A DNA stretch of 20,000 nucleotides, taken from IMG/VR virus record IMGVR_UViG_3300011386_000023. One strand, 5' to 3'. Positions 16,831 to 20,000 of the stretch are shown piece by piece. The stretch is from an uncultured virus (IMG/VR IMGVR_UViG_3300011386_000023) (Duplodnaviria; Heunggongvirae; Uroviricota; Caudoviricetes). Made by a program: the position numbers and the translations under genes. The first letter of the stretch is position 1; the number at the start of each line of letters is the position of its first letter. The notes under the pieces are model-generated. The model was not told the DNA's origin and searched no databases. It was given only the letters and a program-made list of their open reading frames with translations.

Positions 16831-17118
16831 ATGAACAAATCAGAACTTATCAAACACATCGCTTCTTCTGCTTCTCTTACTCAAGCACAAGCTACAGCTG
16901 CTCTTAATGCAGTTGAAAGTGGCATCAGCAAAGCACTTGCTGCTGGGGATGACGTTGCATTAATCGGCTTTGGAACCTTTTCCGTAAAAGAACGTGCTGC
17001 GCGTACAGGCCGCAATCCTAAAACTGGCGAAGAGCTACAAATTGCTGCGGCAAAAGTACCTTCCTTCAAAGCAGGAAAAGCACTTAAAGAGGCTGTTAGT
17101 AATGGCAACAAAAATTAA
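16831..17118 (+). CDS. hup: Phage-encoded HU DNA-binding protein
   Basis: MNKSELI...[22 protein letters not shown]...[13 protein letters not shown]. Confidence 0.95.
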   Translation: MNKSELIKHIASSASLTQAQATAALNAVESGISKALAAGDDVALIGFGTFSVKERAARTGRNPKTGEELQIAAAKVPSFKAGKALKEAVSNGNKN

Positions 17119-17281
17119 GGGCTTAGACATGCTTGAAAAGAACGGTTTAAGGGTTGTCCGTAAATACAACATTTGCGGATGGTTCGAGTATCACGTTTTG
17201 AATGAGGCTGGTCAGAGAATTTCACGGCATACAGTTCAACAACGTGCGATTGATATAGCTCTGAACACGCTTCAAGCATAA
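17102..17281 (+). CDS. Hypothetical protein, 59 aa
   Basis: ATG at 17102 with RBS GAGG; overlaps the end of HU. Confidence 0.65.
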   Translation: MATKIKGLDMLEKNGLRVVRKYNICGWFEYHVLNEAGQRISRHTVQQRAIDIALNTLQA

Positions 17282-17346
17282 GCGAAACACAGGCATTCGT
17301 GCCTGTGTCTGCTGGATGTCGTGGTCCAGTACTGATGAGCAGCGAG
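17282..17346 (+). ncRNA. Type II hammerhead ribozyme; predicted cleavage 3' of C17309
   Basis: GC-GAAA, stem III CACAGGCA/TTCG/TGCCTGTG, TC, stem I TGCTGGAT/GTCGTG/GTCCAGTA, CTGATGA-GC; all core nucleotides intact. Confidence 0.92.
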
Positions 17347-17352
17347 AACATA

Positions 17353-17421
17353 ATGATCAGAATTGAAGATTTAGAAAAGTTACCACCTGAAGTGGTTGAA
17401 AGTATTAAGGAGACAACATAA
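17353..17421 (+). CDS. 22-aa mini-ORF MIRIEDLEKLPPEVVESIKETT (possible gene remnant)
   Basis: Starts just after the ribozyme; TAATG overlap with the next gene. Confidence 0.4.
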   Translation: MIRIEDLEKLPPEVVESIKETT

Positions 17422-18134
17422 TGAGTATGACCCGCGAAGAAGCAATTCTAAAAATCAAAAAATGTTTAGCATTGGCTAAATCAGCCAATGAAAATGAAGC
17501 AGCAATTGCACTACGTCAAGCGCAGTCTTTAATGCGCGAATTTCAGATTGATCCTGATCTGCTCGATATCGTTGAGGCTAGTTGCGAAAGTAAAGCAACA
17601 AAAATACCGCAAGCTTGGGAAGCAAGTTTAGTTATGACAATTGCTAGAGCTATGCAGTGCAAACCTATTTTTAGTTCTGGCAGTAGAACTTGGGGCATTA
17701 AAGCTTCATGGACATTTATTGGTGTCGATCCAGCACCAGAAGTTGCTTCCTATACTTTTGATGTCTTATATCGCCAAGTGATTCGTTCAAGGAAAAGTTT
17801 TATTGAAAACAGTTTAAAACGTGTGACGGTTAAAAAAAATAAGGTGCGTCGTGCGGATTTATTTTGTGAAGGTTGGGTGGATTCAGTTAAGCATTTAATA
17901 ACTGACTTAGATATTGAAGTTCCAGCAAATACCAATGAACGTATTAAAAAACATATGGATAAAACTCATGGAAAGCTTGGTTCATTTACGCCCAAAGACC
18001 GCAATAAAGGCAAAGCTTTCAATGATAGAGCAGCTAATGATTATCATGCGGGTAAACAATCTGGGAAATCAGCAAAAATAAATCAAGCAATGAATGGTGG
18101 TAAACAATTTGAAAAGTTGGGAGCACCTACATGA
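17421..18134 (+). CDS. DUF2786-domain protein
   Basis: KIKKCLALAKSANENEAAIALRQAQSLM; F..GW motif; RBS AAGGAG. Confidence 0.88.
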   Translation: MSMTREEAILKIKKCLALAKSANENEAAIALRQAQSLMREFQIDPDLLDIVEASCESKATKIPQAWEASLVMTIARAMQCKPIFSSGSRTWGIKASWTFIGVDPAPEVASYTFDVLYRQVIRSRKSFIENSLKRVTVKKNKVRRADLFCEGWVDSVKHLITDLDIEVPANTNERIKKHMDKTHGKLGSFTPKDRNKGKAFNDRAANDYHAGKQSGKSAKINQAMNGGKQFEKLGAPT

Positions 18135-18418
18135 AAACAATGAGACTGTCAGATAAAGAAGCACAGTTAATTTTAGATCGTCGCGCTGAACAACACCACA
18201 AAAAGGCAACTTTTGCTTTTCAAGTCAGGTCGATTCAAGTAGCAAATGCATATTTTGAATGGGCTAAGAAGAACAGTTTTCTAGAACCTACTTTGGGAAC
18301 GTTTGTTAATTCATTTTGTTATGACGGACCCGACGCCAAAGTTATGTGTGGTGCCGTACATCAAATATGGAAACTTGTATTTTCGTTTCAAATTCCTATG
18401 GAGAAACCACAATGCTAA
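18131..18418 (+). CDS. Hypothetical protein
   Basis: ATGA overlap; RBS GGGAG. Confidence 0.7.
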   Translation: MKTMRLSDKEAQLILDRRAEQHHKKATFAFQVRSIQVANAYFEWAKKNSFLEPTLGTFVNSFCYDGPDAKVMCGAVHQIWKLVFSFQIPMEKPQC

Positions 18419-18624
18419 TAATTGCTTATTTCCTCGTTTTCTTCATCGGTATAGGAAGCTGCTTTAAAGAAGCTAAATTGGCGTGGTTATCGCGTAATAG
18501 TATTGGCTTAACTATCTTTGAAAAACGTGCCTACACTTTAAAAGCATGCATTGCGATTCTTATCGCCATTTTTGGTCTATTAGGTCTACTAGAAGCAATT
18601 GTCTGCTCTGGAGTGTTGCAATGA
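18412..18624 (+). CDS. Small two-TM membrane protein
   Basis: ATG at 18412 with GGAG; two hydrophobic helices. Confidence 0.65.
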   Translation: MLIIAYFLVFFIGIGSCFKEAKLAWLSRNSIGLTIFEKRAYTLKACIAILIAIFGLLGLLEAIVCSGVLQ

Positions 18625-19058
18625 AATTCAATAAAAAAGCCAATCTGATTAAGCTAATCCATGTGGGCAAAACAAAACTTAGTTTAGATGATGAGCTTTA
18701 TCGAGACATTCTTATTAGCACTACTGGTAAAACCAGTTCAAAAGATTTGAATCTAGCACAGCTTGAAGCTGTGCTGGATCGGTTCAAACAACTTGGCTTT
18801 GAAGTTGAATCAAAAAATAAATCTGGCGTTAAGAACTTAGCAAGTGATGCGCAAAGCAAATTGATTCGTCATTTATGGTTGCAACTACATGCAGCTGGTC
18901 AAGTTAGAAATAAAGATGAAAAAGCTTTAGCAAAATTTGTAGAGAACAAAGTTGGTGTGAGTGCATTGCAATTTATGAGCAGCCACCATGCAGACATGAT
19001 CATTACTCACTTACGCCAATGGTGCAAACGTTGCGGCATTGAAAGAACAGAACAATAA
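18621..19058 (+). CDS. gemA: GemA / gp16 (DUF1018) family protein
   Basis: LIKLIHVGK..L.LDDELYR..L...TGK.SSKDL; LIRHLW; AL.KFV. Confidence 0.92.
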   Translation: MKFNKKANLIKLIHVGKTKLSLDDELYRDILISTTGKTSSKDLNLAQLEAVLDRFKQLGFEVESKNKSGVKNLASDAQSKLIRHLWLQLHAAGQVRNKDEKALAKFVENKVGVSALQFMSSHHADMIITHLRQWCKRCGIERTEQ

Positions 19059-19061
19059 GAA

Positions 19062-19141
19062 AGTAAAAACCCCAGTGCGCCAACACTGAGGTTTTAAATT
19101 CCCCCCACCGACGAAAGTAAGAGGAGATAAATCATAAGACT
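19062..19141 (-). ncRNA. Candidate ~80-nt antisense sRNA to the mor leader
   Basis: Minus-strand promoter immediately upstream; ends in terminator CCTCAGTG-TTGGCG-CACTGGGG-TTTTT. Confidence 0.55.
19065..19095 (-). terminator. Intrinsic terminator, better formed on the minus strand
   Basis: G-U pair on -, C/A mismatch on +; T tracts on both sides. Confidence 0.7.
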
Positions 19142-19146
19142 GCTAA

Positions 19147-19175
19147 ATCTTAACATGGGATAACAGCGGGAGCAA
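19147..19175 (-). promoter_or_regulatory. Antisense sigma70 promoter overlapping the mor RBS
   Basis: TTGCTC-17 bp-TAAGAT with extended -10 TG. Confidence 0.6.
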
Positions 19176-19177
19176 TT

Positions 19178-19627
19178 ATGGTTTATCGTCCTCACATCAC
19201 TGATGCACAACAACTATTTTCTGATGAAGAACTCATTGCACTTATGCCTAAAAACTTTGCATTTGTGGCGAAGCTCATTGGCGTAAAACCAGCTTTAAGC
19301 CTTATTGAAAGTTATGGCGGCATTCTAGTTTTCGTGCCCCATAAACACGCTTTAGGCATTCATCATGAACTTTCACAGATCATTGGTTATTCTAAGTTAC
19401 AGCTGCTCTCAGAGCACTTGGGTAACACTTCAATAGAAGTACCTATGGCTACAACAATCACGATTGCAATGCGTAATAGAACGATCCGTGAGCTTGCTGC
19501 TAAAAAAGAAAGCCGCTCAAAGATAGCCCGTAAATTTGGCGTGACTATTAGAACAATCCGCAGTATCGTAAACGGCGAGGAAAAGCTTAAGTTTCATCTA
19601 GACCAGAATCTGGATTTATTCGAATAA
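19178..19627 (+). CDS. mor: Mor/C-family transcription activator
   Basis: LIG...AL.LIESYGG..VFVP, RNRTIRE and C-terminal HTH IARKFGVTIRTIRSIV; follows gemA. Confidence 0.88.
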   Translation: MVYRPHITDAQQLFSDEELIALMPKNFAFVAKLIGVKPALSLIESYGGILVFVPHKHALGIHHELSQIIGYSKLQLLSEHLGNTSIEVPMATTITIAMRNRTIRELAAKKESRSKIARKFGVTIRTIRSIVNGEEKLKFHLDQNLDLFE

Positions 19628-19653
19628 AAAAGCGGACTAAAAGCCCGCTTTTT
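19626..19653 (+). terminator. Intrinsic terminator after mor, probably bidirectional
   Basis: AAAAAAGCGGACT-AAA-AGCCCGCTTTTT. Confidence 0.85.
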
Positions 19654-19687
19654 CTATTTCACAGCATGAAAAATCTTTTCAAACTTC

Positions 19688-19766
19688 ATCCCACTCAATC
19701 CCATCTTATCCCACAAAATCCCACAATTATCTCATCACTCTTATATATTTATATTATTAGGTATCA
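19688..19766. repeat. Prophage end: phased ATCCCA repeats and terminal CA
   Basis: ATCCCAC/T at 19688, 19698, 19708, 19718 and ATCTCAT at 19729; AT-rich spacer; GGTATCA ending at 19766. Confidence 0.75.
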
Positions 19767-20000
19767 GATTGCATTCAATTACGGAATGACAACTACCTAA
19801 TTGTTGCACCAACTTCCAATATTTCGTTCAATATTGATGAATTCAGCTATCTAATGGATATTCAAGGCGTAGACGGCATAAATGAAAAGACATGGAAAGC
19901 TATTTTTGGACAGCTAGTTGAAAAATACAAATATGTCTATTATGAATCTGAATTCGTATCACCAAAATTCATATACATAGAGTGTGACAGCAAAAATTGA
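19767..20000 (+). pseudogene. 3' fragment of a host gene interrupted by the prophage
   Basis: 77 sense codons (DCIQLRNDNYL...ECDSKN) then TGA at 19998-20000; no start codon near the junction; in-frame TAG at 19758. Confidence 0.6.

Larger units (their letters stand above)
1..19766. mobile_element. Mu-like transposable prophage (B3/BcepMu-type organisation); continues beyond the left window edge
   Basis: DDE transposase, AAA ATPase, Gam, GemA and Mor on +; MuF, MuG, protease, portal and terminase on -; terminal CA preceded by phased repeats at 19688-19766. Confidence 0.95.

Noticed and set aside
17288..17307. UUCG hairpin read as a rho-independent terminator
   Set aside because: No U tract follows; it is explained as hammerhead stem III
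11934..17935. ORFs at 11934, 12713, 12928, 13046, 13548, 15281, 15879, 16182, 16881, 17115 and 17750
   Set aside because: Shadow frames of the early genes; 17115-17351 is antisense to the ribozyme region
19094..19135. 13-aa hydrophobic ORF MIYLLLLSSVGGI on the minus strand as a type I toxin
   Set aside because: Very short, no RBS and only about 5 nt of leader; cannot be supported

Overview
Roughly 19.8 kb of a transposable (Mu-like) prophage with the B3/BcepMu-type divergent layout, followed by about 230 bp of probable host DNA. The low GC and gene style suggest Acinetobacter, which is an inference. The minus strand (10102 to 1) carries an S24-type repressor, a lipoprotein, endolysin and holin, gp25/gp26-like genes, terminase small and large subunits, portal, MuF, MuG and a protease/scaffold cut by the window edge. 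The plus strand (10203-19627) carries a Ner-like gene, DUF3102, a DDE transposase, an AAA ATPase, a TraR/DksA finger, Gam, HU, DUF2786, GemA and Mor/C. The predicted phage end is ...TATCA at 19766, inserted in a host ORF. The most notable signals are non-coding: (1) a complete type II hammerhead ribozyme in the early operon; (2) four GGCGGAA-N4-TTCCGCC late-promoter boxes, three with hairpins that the predicted start site would cut; (3) a candidate antisense sRNA over the mor leader; (4) a central operator with auxiliary copies about 250 bp to either side; (5) 10-bp phased repeats at the phage end and inside the early operon.
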